This document shows positions 55,442 to 64,000 of a stretch of DNA of 64,000 bases, in pieces. A model generated the notes under the pieces. It did no database searches, was not told where the DNA came from, and was given only the letters and a program-made list of their open reading frames with translations. Within the stretch, counting starts at the first letter, position 1. The number at the start of each line of letters is the position of its first letter. The stretch covers positions 3,136,001 through 3,200,000 of the forward strand of contig OY762911.1 of assembly GCA_963666565.1 (NCBI GenBank), read 5' to 3'. The position numbers were made by a program, and so were the translations under genes. The stretch is from Thermoanaerobaculia bacterium (GTDB taxonomy: Bacteria > Acidobacteriota > Thermoanaerobaculia > Multivoradales > Multivoraceae).

Positions 55442-56014
55442 ATGAGCCGCCACCGTAGCGGCGCGGCGGCGCGCGTCCGCGGCGTCCGCGTGCTGGGCGG
55501 CCGCTGGCGGGGACGGCGGCTCGCGGCGCCGACGGGCGTCCGGCCCACCCAGGCGCGCGTCCGCGAGGCGCTGTTCTCGCGCTGGGGCGATCGCGTCGAG
55601 GGCAGCCGCCTGCTGGAGCTGTATGCGGGCTCGGCCGCGGTGTCGTTCGAGGCCCTGTCCCGCGGCGCGGGGTTCGCCCTGGCGGTCGACCGGAGCGCCG
55701 GCGCGCGGGCGTGCATCGAGGCGAACCGGCGGGCGCTCGGGACGGACGATCTGCGGACGGCCACGGCGGAGTTGCCCGCGGGACTCGCGCGCGCGGTGGC
55801 CGGGGAGGCCGCCTTCGACCTCGTTTTCCTCGACCCGCCCTACGATGCCTCCGGGCTCGGCGAGGCGCTGGCCGCGGCGGCCGCCGAGGTGGAAGAGGGC
55901 GGCGAGGTCGTTCTGGAGCACGCCAGCCGGCGCTGTCCGCCGGCGGAGGCCGGCCGGCTCCGGCTCCGGGAGACGAGGCGCTACGGCGACAGCGCGCTCA
56001 CGCTCTATTGGTGA
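55442..56014 (+). CDS. rsmD: 16S rRNA m2G966 methyltransferase
   Basis: VRPTQARVREALF, LYAGS, EALSRGA, FLDPPY, RRYGDS. Confidence 0.92.
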   Translation: MSRHRSGAAARVRGVRVLGGRWRGRRLAAPTGVRPTQARVREALFSRWGDRVEGSRLLELYAGSAAVSFEALSRGAGFALAVDRSAGARACIEANRRALGTDDLRTATAELPAGLARAVAGEAAFDLVFLDPPYDASGLGEALAAAAAEVEEGGEVVLEHASRRCPPAEAGRLRLRETRRYGDSALTLYW

Positions 56015-56021
56015 GCGGGGC

Positions 56022-56109
<88 letters not shown>

Positions 56110-56164
56110 GGGCCGCGGCTCTCGGGCCGGGCCGGCATTCTACACGGGCTGGTAGGCTCGTTCC

Positions 56165-56644
56165 ATGAACAGGATCCTGCCGGTCGCCGCCATCGTGTTG
56201 CTCGGAGGAACGGCCGCCTGCGACGGCGCCGGGTCGAACGGCGCCTCGGACGAGGACCGGACGGACATCGAGATCGTTCTGGCCGACTATCTCCCGAAGC
56301 TCGGCGACGCCTACGCCAAAGGCGACTTCGACGCGCTCGCCTCGGGCGCCGTGCCGAAGGAGATCGCGACGGTCAGGAAGCGCGTGTACGACCTCGAGAT
56401 GGAGGCGAGCCGCACCCTGCGGCCGACGCTCAAGAGCTTCGAGATCGAACGGATCGACGTCTGGCGCTACTCGAACGCGGCGGTGACGACGATCGAGGTC
56501 TGGGACATCGACTCGCTGGTCAGCGGCACGGAGCGGCTGCTGTCGTCGGCCACGGACCGCTACCGCGTCCGCTACCAGTTCAAGCGCCGCGACGAAGGCT
56601 GGATGGTGATCGATCGGCGCATCGAGCACCAGTTCGAGTCCTGA
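56165..56644 (+). CDS. Hypothetical lipoprotein (possibly NTF2-like fold)
   Basis: Lipobox TAAC; coding-like GC3 bias; C-terminal YRVRYQFKRRDEGWMV. Confidence 0.7.
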   Translation: MNRILPVAAIVLLGGTAACDGAGSNGASDEDRTDIEIVLADYLPKLGDAYAKGDFDALASGAVPKEIATVRKRVYDLEMEASRTLRPTLKSFEIERIDVWRYSNAAVTTIEVWDIDSLVSGTERLLSSATDRYRVRYQFKRRDEGWMVIDRRIEHQFES

Positions 56645-56659
56645 CCCGCGCGATCTTCC

Positions 56660-57988
56660 ATGGCCTCCGCGATCGCGATCGTCGGTCGCCCCAACGTCGG
56701 CAAGTCGACCCTCTTCAACCGGCTGATCGGCCGCCGGCAGGCGATCGTCCACGGCACGCCGGGCGTCACCCGCGACCGGCTCGTCGGGCGCTTCGAGGTG
56801 GACGGTCGCGGCGCCGTCGAGTTGATCGACACCGGCGGCCTCGTGCCGGGGGACGATCCGCTCGGGCTGAACGCGCAGGTCGAGTTCGCGGTCGAGGAGA
56901 GCGACCTCCTGCTGCTGGTCGTCGATGGCCGGGAGGGGCTTACCCCCGCGGACGAACAGGTCATGGCGCGGCTCCGGGCCAGCGGCCGGCCGATCGTCGT
57001 CGTCGTGAACAAGGCGGACACCCGGGCCGCCCGGGAGGGCTACCACGAGTTCCACGCCCTGGGCGGAGACGGGCTGGCGCTGCTGTCGGCGGAGCACGGC
57101 AGCGGTTTCGAGTCGTTGCACGAGGAGATCGCCGGCCGTCTTCCGGGCGCCGGCGAGGAGGCGCCGCCGGCGGCTCCGGCGGTGGCGGTCGTGGGCCGGC
57201 CCAACGTGGGCAAGTCGTCGCTGGTCAACCGTCTCCTCGGCAGGGAACGGACGCTCGTCTCGCCGACCGCGGGCACCACCAGGGACCCGATCGACAGTTT
57301 GCTGGAACGCGACGACGGGACGGACTACCTGCTGGTAGATACGGCCGGCATCCGGCGGCGTTCCCAGGCCCAGGACGCGCCGGAGGAACTGGCGGTCATG
57401 CTTGCGCGGCGCCAGATCGAGCGGGCCGAGCTCGTTGTCCTGGTCGTCGACGCGAGTCAGGGGGTCACCACCGGCGATCTGGCGATCGCCGACGCGGCCT
57501 GGCAGGCGGGACGGTCCGCCGTCGTCGCCTGCAACAAATGGGACCTGCTGGACCCCGGGAAGCGGGAGCGCATGGAGTCGGGCTGGGAGCGGGTCTCCGA
57601 ACTGTTCGCCCGGCCGGCCCGGGTCAACGTCTCCGCCTTGACCGGCCGGGGGGTGGGAAACGTCCTGCCCGCACTCGACCGGCTCGGCGAACGGCATCGT
57701 CTGCGGGTGGCCACGCCGGAACTGAACCGCGAAGTTCAGCGCATCGTCGGCCGCCACCAGCCGCCCGCGGAGCGGGGCCGGCCCTGGCGGTTCTTCTACG
57801 CGGCCCAGGTGGCCGGGACGCCGCCGACCTTCCTGCTGTTCGCGAACCGGCGGCTCAAGCGCGGCCACGCGTATCGGCGGTACCTGGAGAACAGCCTGAG
57901 GCGGGCGTTCGGGCTCGACGGCGTCCCGCTTCGGCTCGTCGTGCGGGAGCGCCGCGGCGACCCGTCGCCGCCCGGCCGTTTCGTATAA
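56660..57988 (+). CDS. der: Ribosome biogenesis GTPase Der (EngA)
   Basis: Two GRPNVGKS G-domains, GVTRD/GTTRD, DTGG/DTAG, NKAD/NKWD, KH-like C-terminus. Confidence 0.96.
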   Translation: MASAIAIVGRPNVGKSTLFNRLIGRRQAIVHGTPGVTRDRLVGRFEVDGRGAVELIDTGGLVPGDDPLGLNAQVEFAVEESDLLLLVVDGREGLTPADEQVMARLRASGRPIVVVVNKADTRAAREGYHEFHALGGDGLALLSAEHGSGFESLHEEIAGRLPGAGEEAPPAAPAVAVVGRPNVGKSSLVNRLLGRERTLVSPTAGTTRDPIDSLLERDDGTDYLLVDTAGIRRRSQAQDAPEELAVMLARRQIERAELVVLVVDASQGVTTGDLAIADAAWQAGRSAVVACNKWDLLDPGKRERMESGWERVSELFARPARVNVSALTGRGVGNVLPALDRLGERHRLRVATPELNREVQRIVGRHQPPAERGRPWRFFYAAQVAGTPPTFLLFANRRLKRGHAYRRYLENSLRRAFGLDGVPLRLVVRERRGDPSPPGRFV

Positions 57989-58057
57989 TCGCGGCCGCTC
58001 CGGTCGTGCCCGCGTTCCATCGGCCGGGGAAGCCGGGAGGCCCGCCGTTCCCAAGCA

Positions 58058-58520
58058 GTACAAGATCGCCGATGCGTGCCGGTTGCTGGACCTCCAGCCG
58101 TACGTGCTGCGCTACTGGCAGACGGAGTTCCGCGCCCTGGCCCCGAAGAAGGCCGGCGGGACCGGCGGCGACTTCAGCGCAGGGGACCTGGAGACGATTC
58201 GCCGGATCAAGGAGCTCCTCTACGACGAGGGCTACACGATCGCCAGCGCCAGGAAGAAGATCGCCGCCGAACTGGAGGACGGCCGGCTCCGCGGCCGGCC
58301 GCTGACGCCAATCGAGGAAGACGAGCCGGAAGACGGACCGCCGGCGGCGGGAGAAGCCGAGGAGGCGACGGAGGAAGAGAGCCCGTCCGCCGGCCTCGGC
58401 GACCCCAACTCCCTGGCCCGCCGGGTGAAGGCGTTGGAGGAAGGCGTCGCCGCCGTGGCCGCGGAAGCCCGCCGGCTTGCCGCCGAACTCGGCCTCGAAG
58501 CGGGCGGGGAGAGCGACTGA
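58058..58520 (+). CDS. MerR-family transcriptional regulator (start uncertain)
   Basis: YKIADACRLLDLQPYVLRYWQTEF..L.PKK...IK.LLYDEGYTI..A.K; followed by tRNA-Pro(GGG), a common arrangement. Confidence 0.8.
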
Positions 58521-58534
58521 CCGGCCGCGAACTG

Positions 58535-58563
58535 TTGCCAAGCGCCGCAATCCAATAGAGAAT
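58535..58563 (+). promoter_or_regulatory. Putative sigma70 promoter for tRNA-Pro
   Basis: TTGCCA-17 nt-GAGAAT ending 10 nt before the tRNA. Confidence 0.4.
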
Positions 58564-58573
58564 GCCCTTCGGT

Positions 58574-58650
58574 CGGGACGTGGCGCAGTCTGGTAGCGTA
58601 CCTGAATGGGGTTCAGGGGGTCGCGAGTTCGAATCTCGCCGTCCCGACCA
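58574..58650 (+). tRNA. tRNA-Pro(GGG)
   Basis: CGGGACGTGGCGCAGTCTGGTAGCG...CCTGA-ATGGGGT-TCAGG...GTTCGAATC...CGTCCCGACCA. Confidence 0.96.
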
Positions 58651-58677
58651 CTAACCGCCGAACCCCTCTGATCTCCC

Positions 58678-59157
58678 GTGCCCGACGTGAAGACCGCGGT
58701 CGAAGCGGCCGGTTTCCGGTTCGGGCTGGTGGCTTCACGGTTCAACGGCAGCGTCGTCGAGTGCCTGCTCGCCGGCGCGCGCCAGACGCTGCGCGAGAAC
58801 GGCGTGGCGGAAGAAGACATCGAGCTGGTCCGGGTCCCCGGCGCCTGGGAGATTCCGGCGGCCCTGGACGCCCTCGCCGACACCGGCCGATTCGACGGGC
58901 TGGTGGCGCTCGGCGCGGTCATCCGGGGAGAGACGCCGCACTTCGACTACATCTGCAACGAGTGCGCGGCCGGCTGCGCGCGGGTCACGGCGCGGACCGG
59001 GCTCGCCGTGGGCTTCGGCGTCCTGACCTGCGACGACGCGGATCAGGCCGCCGCCCGCGCCGGCGGCAAGGCGGGGAACAAGGGGGAGGAGGCCGCCGAG
59101 GCCGCCCTGGAGATGGCCCGCCTCCTGCCGTCGTTGCGGTCGTCGAGGTCGTCGTGA
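58678..59157 (+). CDS. ribH: 6,7-dimethyl-8-ribityllumazine synthase
   Basis: SRFN, VPGAWEIP, LGAVIRGETPHFDYI, FGVLT, GNKG.EAA..ALEM. Confidence 0.97.
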   Translation: MPDVKTAVEAAGFRFGLVASRFNGSVVECLLAGARQTLRENGVAEEDIELVRVPGAWEIPAALDALADTGRFDGLVALGAVIRGETPHFDYICNECAAGCARVTARTGLAVGFGVLTCDDADQAAARAGGKAGNKGEEAAEAALEMARLLPSLRSSRSS

Positions 59158-59702
59158 CCGGATCCGGCGGCGCGGCGCCGACCGCGGCCGGGGATGCGGC
59201 GGGTACCGTCGCGGGACGCCGCCGTCCCCACGGCGGGAAACGGCGGCAGGCGCGCGAGATGGCGCTGCAGATGCTGTACCAGCGCGAGATCGGGCAGGCG
59301 GCGCCGCAGCAACTTGTCCGGGAGTTCGACATCCACTCCTTCCGTTCCGAGACCGCCGACGCCGGCGCCAGCCTGCGCGCCACGGAGTCCGCGAAGGACT
59401 ATGCCCGGACGCTTCTGGAAGGGAGCCTCGCGAACCAGGAACCGATCGACGCGCTGATCGCGGAACAGGCCGACAACTGGCGGCTGGAGCGGATGCCGGT
59501 CGTCGACCGGAACGTCCTGCGCCTGGCGGTCTACGAACTCCGCCATCAGCCGGACGTGCCGGCGGTGGTGGTGATCGACGAGGCGATCGAACTCGCCAAG
59601 AAGTTCGGTTCCGAACAGTCGGGCCGGTTCGTCAACGGGATCCTCGACGCCCTCCGGACCGTTCTCGGCCGGGGCGGCGGCCGCGGACCTGCTGTAGGCT
59701 GA
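59154..59702 (+). CDS. nusB: Transcription antitermination factor NusB
   Basis: RRQAREMALQMLY, WRLERMPVVDRNVLRLA.YEL, VIDEAIELAKKFG, FVNGILD. Confidence 0.96.
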   Translation: MTGSGGAAPTAAGDAAGTVAGRRRPHGGKRRQAREMALQMLYQREIGQAAPQQLVREFDIHSFRSETADAGASLRATESAKDYARTLLEGSLANQEPIDALIAEQADNWRLERMPVVDRNVLRLAVYELRHQPDVPAVVVIDEAIELAKKFGSEQSGRFVNGILDALRTVLGRGGGRGPAVG

Positions 59703-59707
59703 CCTCG

Positions 59708-60259
59708 ATGAAGGCGGGCGCCGGGACGGGATACGCGGCGACGGTTCCGGCACTGGCCGCGGCGCTGGCGCTGGGCGGCTGCGGCTACACCCTGGTCGGG
59801 AAGGCCTCGAACATCCCGGAGGACATTCGCAGCGTGTTCCTCCAGCCGTTCGAGAACCGGACGGGGCGGGTCGAGGTCGAGCAGTTCCTGACCCAGGCGA
59901 TCGCCGACGAGCTCGTGACGCGGCCGCGCTTCGATCTCGTGGCGACGGAAGCCGAGGCGGACGCCCTGATTCGCGGCACGGTGACGGGGTTCCGGGTGGC
60001 GCCGATCACGTTCACGAGCGACGGGCGCGCCCAGGAGTACGAACTCGCGATCGTGGTCGATGTCTCCTTCCGGCGGGTTCCCTCGCCGGCCGCGGAGGAA
60101 GGGGAGGTGATCTGGGCGAACGACCGCTACCAGTTCAAGGAGAGCTACGAAGTCGAGAGCGCCGACAGCGACTTCTTCGACCGGGAGAACCTGGCGATCG
60201 AGGACAGCGCGGAGCGGTTCGCCGACACGATGGTGACGGACCTGCTCGAGGGCTTCTGA
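59708..60259 (+). CDS. lptE: LPS-assembly lipoprotein LptE family
   Basis: Lipobox LGGCGY; P.DIRSVF..PFENRT; EADA.I.G.V; AQEYEL.I.V.V. Confidence 0.75.
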   Translation: MKAGAGTGYAATVPALAAALALGGCGYTLVGKASNIPEDIRSVFLQPFENRTGRVEVEQFLTQAIADELVTRPRFDLVATEAEADALIRGTVTGFRVAPITFTSDGRAQEYELAIVVDVSFRRVPSPAAEEGEVIWANDRYQFKESYEVESADSDFFDRENLAIEDSAERFADTMVTDLLEGF

Positions 60260-60298
60260 CCCCCGCCCGCCGCTGAAGGCCCCGCCGCCGACGGAGGA

Positions 60299-60604
60299 TC
60301 AGTCGGTCGCTTCGGCCGCTTCGGCGGCAGCGGCGGCGGCCGCCTCGGCGCGCCGGTGAACCAGCCGGGACAGGCGGGACTTGCGCCGCGCCGCCGCGTT
60401 GGCGTGGATCGCGCCCTTGCGCGCGGTGACGTCGATCAGGCCGAGGGTGCCGGGGAGAAGCTCCCTGGCCTCCGCCGGATCGCTCTCCGCGGCGACCCGG
60501 AGCCGCTTGATCGACGAGCGGAGCTCGGACTTGGCGGCGCGGTTCCGGTCCCGCCGGATGCGCGACTGCCGGATGCGCTTCTCGGCCTGCTTGCTGTTCG
60601 CCAT
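60299..60604 (-). CDS. rpsT: 30S ribosomal protein S20
   Basis: MANSKQAEKRIRQ...KGAIHANAAARRKSRL. Confidence 0.97.
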   Translation of the reverse strand: MANSKQAEKRIRQSRIRRDRNRAAKSELRSSIKRLRVAAESDPAEARELLPGTLGLIDVTARKGAIHANAAARRKSRLSRLVHRRAEAAAAAAAEAAEATD

Positions 60605-60673
60605 CTCGTGTTCTCTCCGGGGCTCGATCCGTGAGCGTCGCCAGCGGGGATCGCCCCTCGCCGGCGGCGCAGT

Positions 60674-61510
60674 CTACAGCCGGTCGTCTTCGTTGTCGAG
60701 TTGCTGGAGCGCCAGGATCGCCTCGTCGGACTCGGGGTACTCCTCGCGGACGCGGAGCAGCATCTGGTTCGCCAGCTCGCGTTCGCCGAGTTCGATGTGC
60801 GCGACGCCGATGCGCAGCATGGAACTCGCGACCTTGTCGCTGTCCGGGTAACGGTCGGCTACCCGGCCGAGTTCCTCGATCGCCGTGCGGAACCGTCCCT
60901 GGCCCATCCAGGACTCGCCAAGCCAGTACTGGGCGCTGTCCGCGTCCTCGCCGTCCGGGAAGGTGTCGAGGTAGCTCTCGAAGCCGGCGGCCGCCCGTTC
61001 GTAGTCTCCGTTCAGGTAGTCCTGGTAGGCGGCGCCGTACAGGGCCCTGGGGTCGACCGACTCGGACGGCGGGGCCTGACTACTGGCCTCGATCTGCTCG
61101 CCGAGGGCGGCCAGGACCTCTTCCTGCCGGTCGAACCGGCTGCGCAGCAGGTCCAGCTCGTCGTTCATGCGGCCGAGGCGGTCGACGGACGCGTTGAGCG
61201 TGCGCCGCTGCTCCTGGGTCGCGATCCGCAGCGCCTCGACCTCCGCGACGAGCTGGCGCAGGTCCTCCTTCAGGTCGGCGTTGGCGCTGACGCCGCTCGC
61301 GGCGAGTTCCTCGACGGCGCGCAGCACGGCGGCCAGGTCGTCGCGGGTGGGAGACTCCGACCGGAACGCATCCACCTGCCGCTCGAGCGCGGCCAGGCCG
61401 GCCTCCAGTTCGGTCAACTGGGTCGCGGAACCGCAGGCGAGCAGCGGCGCCAGGACGACGCCCGCCAGTAGCGGGCGCCATCCGCGCTCCCGGCCAGGAC
61501 GGTGACTCAT
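60674..61510 (-). CDS. cpoB: Tol-Pal system protein CpoB/YbgF
   Basis: Coiled-coil N-terminus; LY..AY.DYL.GDY..A...F..YL..FP....ADSAQYWLGE; downstream of pal. Confidence 0.88.
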   Translation of the reverse strand: MSHRPGRERGWRPLLAGVVLAPLLACGSATQLTELEAGLAALERQVDAFRSESPTRDDLAAVLRAVEELAASGVSANADLKEDLRQLVAEVEALRIATQEQRRTLNASVDRLGRMNDELDLLRSRFDRQEEVLAALGEQIEASSQAPPSESVDPRALYGAAYQDYLNGDYERAAAGFESYLDTFPDGEDADSAQYWLGESWMGQGRFRTAIEELGRVADRYPDSDKVASSMLRIGVAHIELGERELANQMLLRVREEYPESDEAILALQQLDNEDDRL

Positions 61511-61571
61511 GCCGGCGGGGCGACGAGGGCCGGACCGCGGCGAGGGACTCGCCGGAAGGCCTGGCCCGGGG

Positions 61572-62150
61572 TCACATGCGGTCGGTTACGCGGAAGTAGG
61601 CGCGCCGGTTGAGTTGCCAGCAGTCCTCGTTCGAGTCGTCGCACTGCGGCCGCTCTTCTCCGTAGCTGATCGTCTTCAGGCGGCCGCCCGAGATGCCCAG
61701 CGACGTGAGGTAGTCGCGGGCCGCGTTCGCCCGGCGGTCGCCAAGGGCGAGGTTGTAGTCGTTCGTGCCCCGCTCGTCGCAGTGGCCTTCGATCGTGATG
61801 ACGAAGTCCTCGCCGTCCCTGCTCTTGAGGAAGTCGGCATTCTTGCCGAGCTGGGAGCGGGTCGCGTCCGTCAGGGTCGCCTTGTCGAACTCGAAGTAGA
61901 CGTCGCCGAGAAGGCCCTTCTCGTGGACTTCCGCGTTCGCCTCGACGATGTCCTCGGACCAGGGCGAGACGTACTCCGGCTCGACCGGGGGCTCCGGCGG
62001 CGGCGGTACGGGTTCCGGCGGCGGCGGCTCGGCCGCGGGCGGCGGCGGCGGTGGCGGCGGGGGCGGCTCGGGTTCCGCCTTCTTGCAGGCGCCGATGGCC
62101 AGCGCGACGACAGCCGAGAGGATGAGTGCAGAGAACCTTCTGGCCAACAT
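61572..62150 (-). CDS. pal: Peptidoglycan-associated lipoprotein Pal
   Basis: Lipobox IGAC, Pro-rich linker, VYFEFDK, IEGHCDERGT.DYNLALGDRRA, ISYGEERP, NRRA. Confidence 0.95.
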   Translation of the reverse strand: MLARRFSALILSAVVALAIGACKKAEPEPPPPPPPPPPAAEPPPPEPVPPPPEPPVEPEYVSPWSEDIVEANAEVHEKGLLGDVYFEFDKATLTDATRSQLGKNADFLKSRDGEDFVITIEGHCDERGTNDYNLALGDRRANAARDYLTSLGISGGRLKTISYGEERPQCDDSNEDCWQLNRRAYFRVTDRM

Positions 62151-62266
62151 ACGGGGACTTCTCCTAAAGCCTGGAAACTGGATCGTTTCGATTGCAGGAC
62201 AGTACCAGAGCGTCGCTTCGGCGGCAACAGCGGGTTTTCACCGGCGGATCCCCCGCTCGACGCGCG

Positions 62267-63634
62267 TCAATCCAGATAGCCGGACCATGAGGGGGAGTAG
62301 TTGTTGCCGCGCGTGGTCACCTGGCGGGTGTACCGCCCGTCGCCGCTCATGATGAAGATCTGGCGCCCGCGGCCCCGCTGGCGCGACTCGAAGACGATCC
62401 ACTCGCCGTTGGGGGAGAACGTCGGGTACTCGTGGCTGCCGGGACCGGTCGTCAGCAGCCGGTCCTGGCCCGTCACGAGGTCGACGACGGCGATGTCGAA
62501 GCGGTCGCCGCGCTCGGTGCGGCGGGCGTAGACGAGCTTGCTGCCGTCGGGGTGCCACGAGGCGCCCTCGTTGTAGCGGCCCTCCATCGTCACGCGCTGG
62601 AGGTTGGCGCCGTCGAGGTCCATCACGTAGATCTGCGGCGTTCCCGAGCGGCTGGAAGTGAAGGCGATCCTGTCGCCGTCCGGCGAGCATTCGGGGTTCG
62701 TGTCGATGCGGCTCGAACGGGTGATCTGCCTGGGCGTGCGGCCGCTGCGGGTGGTGACGAAGATCTCCATGTTGCTGCGGATCGGCCGGGCGAACACGAC
62801 CGTGTCGCCGTCGGGGCACATGCTGGGGGAGTAGGCGGGCTCCTCCTCGAAGACGACCGGCGTCTTCCGGCCGGTCGCGAGATCGGCCCAGTAGACGCCG
62901 GGACGCCCCTGGAAGTACGAGAGGTACGTCAGGCCGCTGCCGTCGGCGGCCCAGACCGGCGACAGGCTGGTCGAGATGTGGCCCGTGATCCGCCGCTGGG
63001 CGTGACCGTCGTAGTCCATCAGGAAGATCTCCTTGCTCTCCTGGCCCTCCCGGTCCGAGACGAAGGCGATCGAGGTCATCGCGATGCCGCGGCGTCCGGT
63101 GAAGTAGAGGACCACCTCGTCGGAGAGGGCGTGGGCGATCCGCCGCGCCAGGTCGATGCCGCCGCTGAACCGCTTGCCGAGGATGAACTGGCCGCTCGCG
63201 AGGTCGTAGACCCGTCCCTCGAGGATCAGTTGCTCGCCGTCCAGCTTGAACTCCGCGAGGAGGGCGACCTCGTTGCCGTAGGCGCGGTACTGCTCCAGGT
63301 CCTTCGCCCGGTCGCCGCTCAGGGGCACGGCGGAGAGGATCTCGGGACCCTGGACGTCGAAGAGCTGGGTGAAGGTCAGGTCCTCGCGGAGGGTCTGCTC
63401 CAGTTCGTTCATCGCGTCGAGGAACTCCGGCCTGGCGCCGGGAGGCCGCTTCGCGCGCGGCACGGCGAGGTTCAGGCGCGCTCCCGCGTCGGGCTCCAGG
63501 ACGAGCTGGAGGTCCGGGGACGCCGCGGGCGCCGGTTCGGCGGCCTCCGGTCCCGTCTGGGCCGGCGCCGGGACCGCGGCGAGAACGCACGCGCCCGCCG
63601 CCAGGACCATCGTCGTCAGGGTCGGAACTCTCAT
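62267..63634 (-). CDS. tolB: Tol-Pal beta-propeller protein TolB
   Basis: ARRIAH...DEVV..FTG.RG, IAFVSDR, MDYDG, PD40 repeats (SPDG.RIAFTSSRSG.PQIY.MD.DG). Confidence 0.94.
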   Translation of the reverse strand: MRVPTLTTMVLAAGACVLAAVPAPAQTGPEAAEPAPAASPDLQLVLEPDAGARLNLAVPRAKRPPGARPEFLDAMNELEQTLREDLTFTQLFDVQGPEILSAVPLSGDRAKDLEQYRAYGNEVALLAEFKLDGEQLILEGRVYDLASGQFILGKRFSGGIDLARRIAHALSDEVVLYFTGRRGIAMTSIAFVSDREGQESKEIFLMDYDGHAQRRITGHISTSLSPVWAADGSGLTYLSYFQGRPGVYWADLATGRKTPVVFEEEPAYSPSMCPDGDTVVFARPIRSNMEIFVTTRSGRTPRQITRSSRIDTNPECSPDGDRIAFTSSRSGTPQIYVMDLDGANLQRVTMEGRYNEGASWHPDGSKLVYARRTERGDRFDIAVVDLVTGQDRLLTTGPGSHEYPTFSPNGEWIVFESRQRGRGRQIFIMSGDGRYTRQVTTRGNNYSPSWSGYLD

Positions 63635-63650
63635 CCTCGGCTCCTCGTCG

Positions 63651-64000
63651 TCAGCGGATCGTCATCGTCACGCCCAGGCTGGGCTTCCGGAAGCTCCGCG
63701 GCAGCGGCGGCACCGGCGACGCCAGCTCGATCGCCCGCAGGCCCGCCCTGTCGAACCGGGCGACGCCGGACGAGCGGAGGAGTTCCAGGTCGCTGACGGC
63801 GCCGTCGGCCGCGATCCGGAAGAACACCACGGCTTCCACTCCCTCGATCGGGGGCCTGGTCCAGCGGGCCTTGATCGCGGCCACCAGCCGGGACGTGTAG
63901 TAGGCGTAGGTGAAGTCCTCGCTGTCGTAGCCGACGAGAGGAACTTCGGCGTCGTCGCTGCCGGCCAGGGCGTCGTCCACGGCGCGCGGAGGCTGGAACG
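63651..64000 (-). CDS. TolA/TonB C-terminal domain protein (partial)
   Basis: YY...L...IKARW, FRI..DG.V..L.LLRSSG...FDRAGLRAI..ASP.PPLP; directly upstream of tolB. Confidence 0.8.
   Translation of the reverse strand, partial: FQPPRAVDDALAGSDDAEVPLVGYDSEDFTYAYYTSRLVAAIKARWTRPPIEGVEAVVFFRIAADGAVSDLELLRSSGVARFDRAGLRAIELASPVPPLPRSFRKPSLGVTMTIR

Noticed and set aside
60250-60270. Additional REP at the lptE stop (cttctgaccc)
   Set aside because: Only a 10-nt match with no hairpin; compatible with chance

Overview
High-GC window that looks like an Acidobacteriota (Thermoanaerobaculia-like) genome. This is inferred from the VWFA-type, TPR/carboxypeptidase-regulatory and Cys-rich 'FFDPENWEVLVKVLDGC' proteins. 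The left part (1-16 kb) has a partial S9 peptidase, a TPR protein, a CCA/HD nucleotidyltransferase, an ECF sigma / anti-sigma / RND-MFP-RND operon and a heme-c beta-propeller protein. The middle (16-39.5 kb) is an accessory surface-protein locus: four tandem, mosaic metzincin-FN3 paralogs followed by a ~2,730-aa Ig-repeat protein. The first paralog is cleanly interrupted by a 1,864-bp element with no terminal inverted repeats. That element encodes a 533-aa protein with Rep_trans/MOBT-like motifs and a C-terminal winged helix, has CT|AA and CT|AG junctions, and has a highly structured leader. It is the top finding: a candidate non-HUH rolling-circle transposon. The right part has an NRAMP-like transporter with a sugar ABC system, a TonB-dependent receptor, VWA, PIG-L, LLM, ahcY, an MltD-like protein, an amidohydrolase, rsmD, tRNA-Leu, der, a MerR regulator, tRNA-Pro, ribH, nusB, lptE, rpsT and the tol-pal genes. 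A REP-like palindrome family (CTGGGTGCGCGGGTCTTCTGACCCGC) is dispersed across the window and overlaps coding sequence. All family assignments come from motif recognition by eye; no database searches were run.
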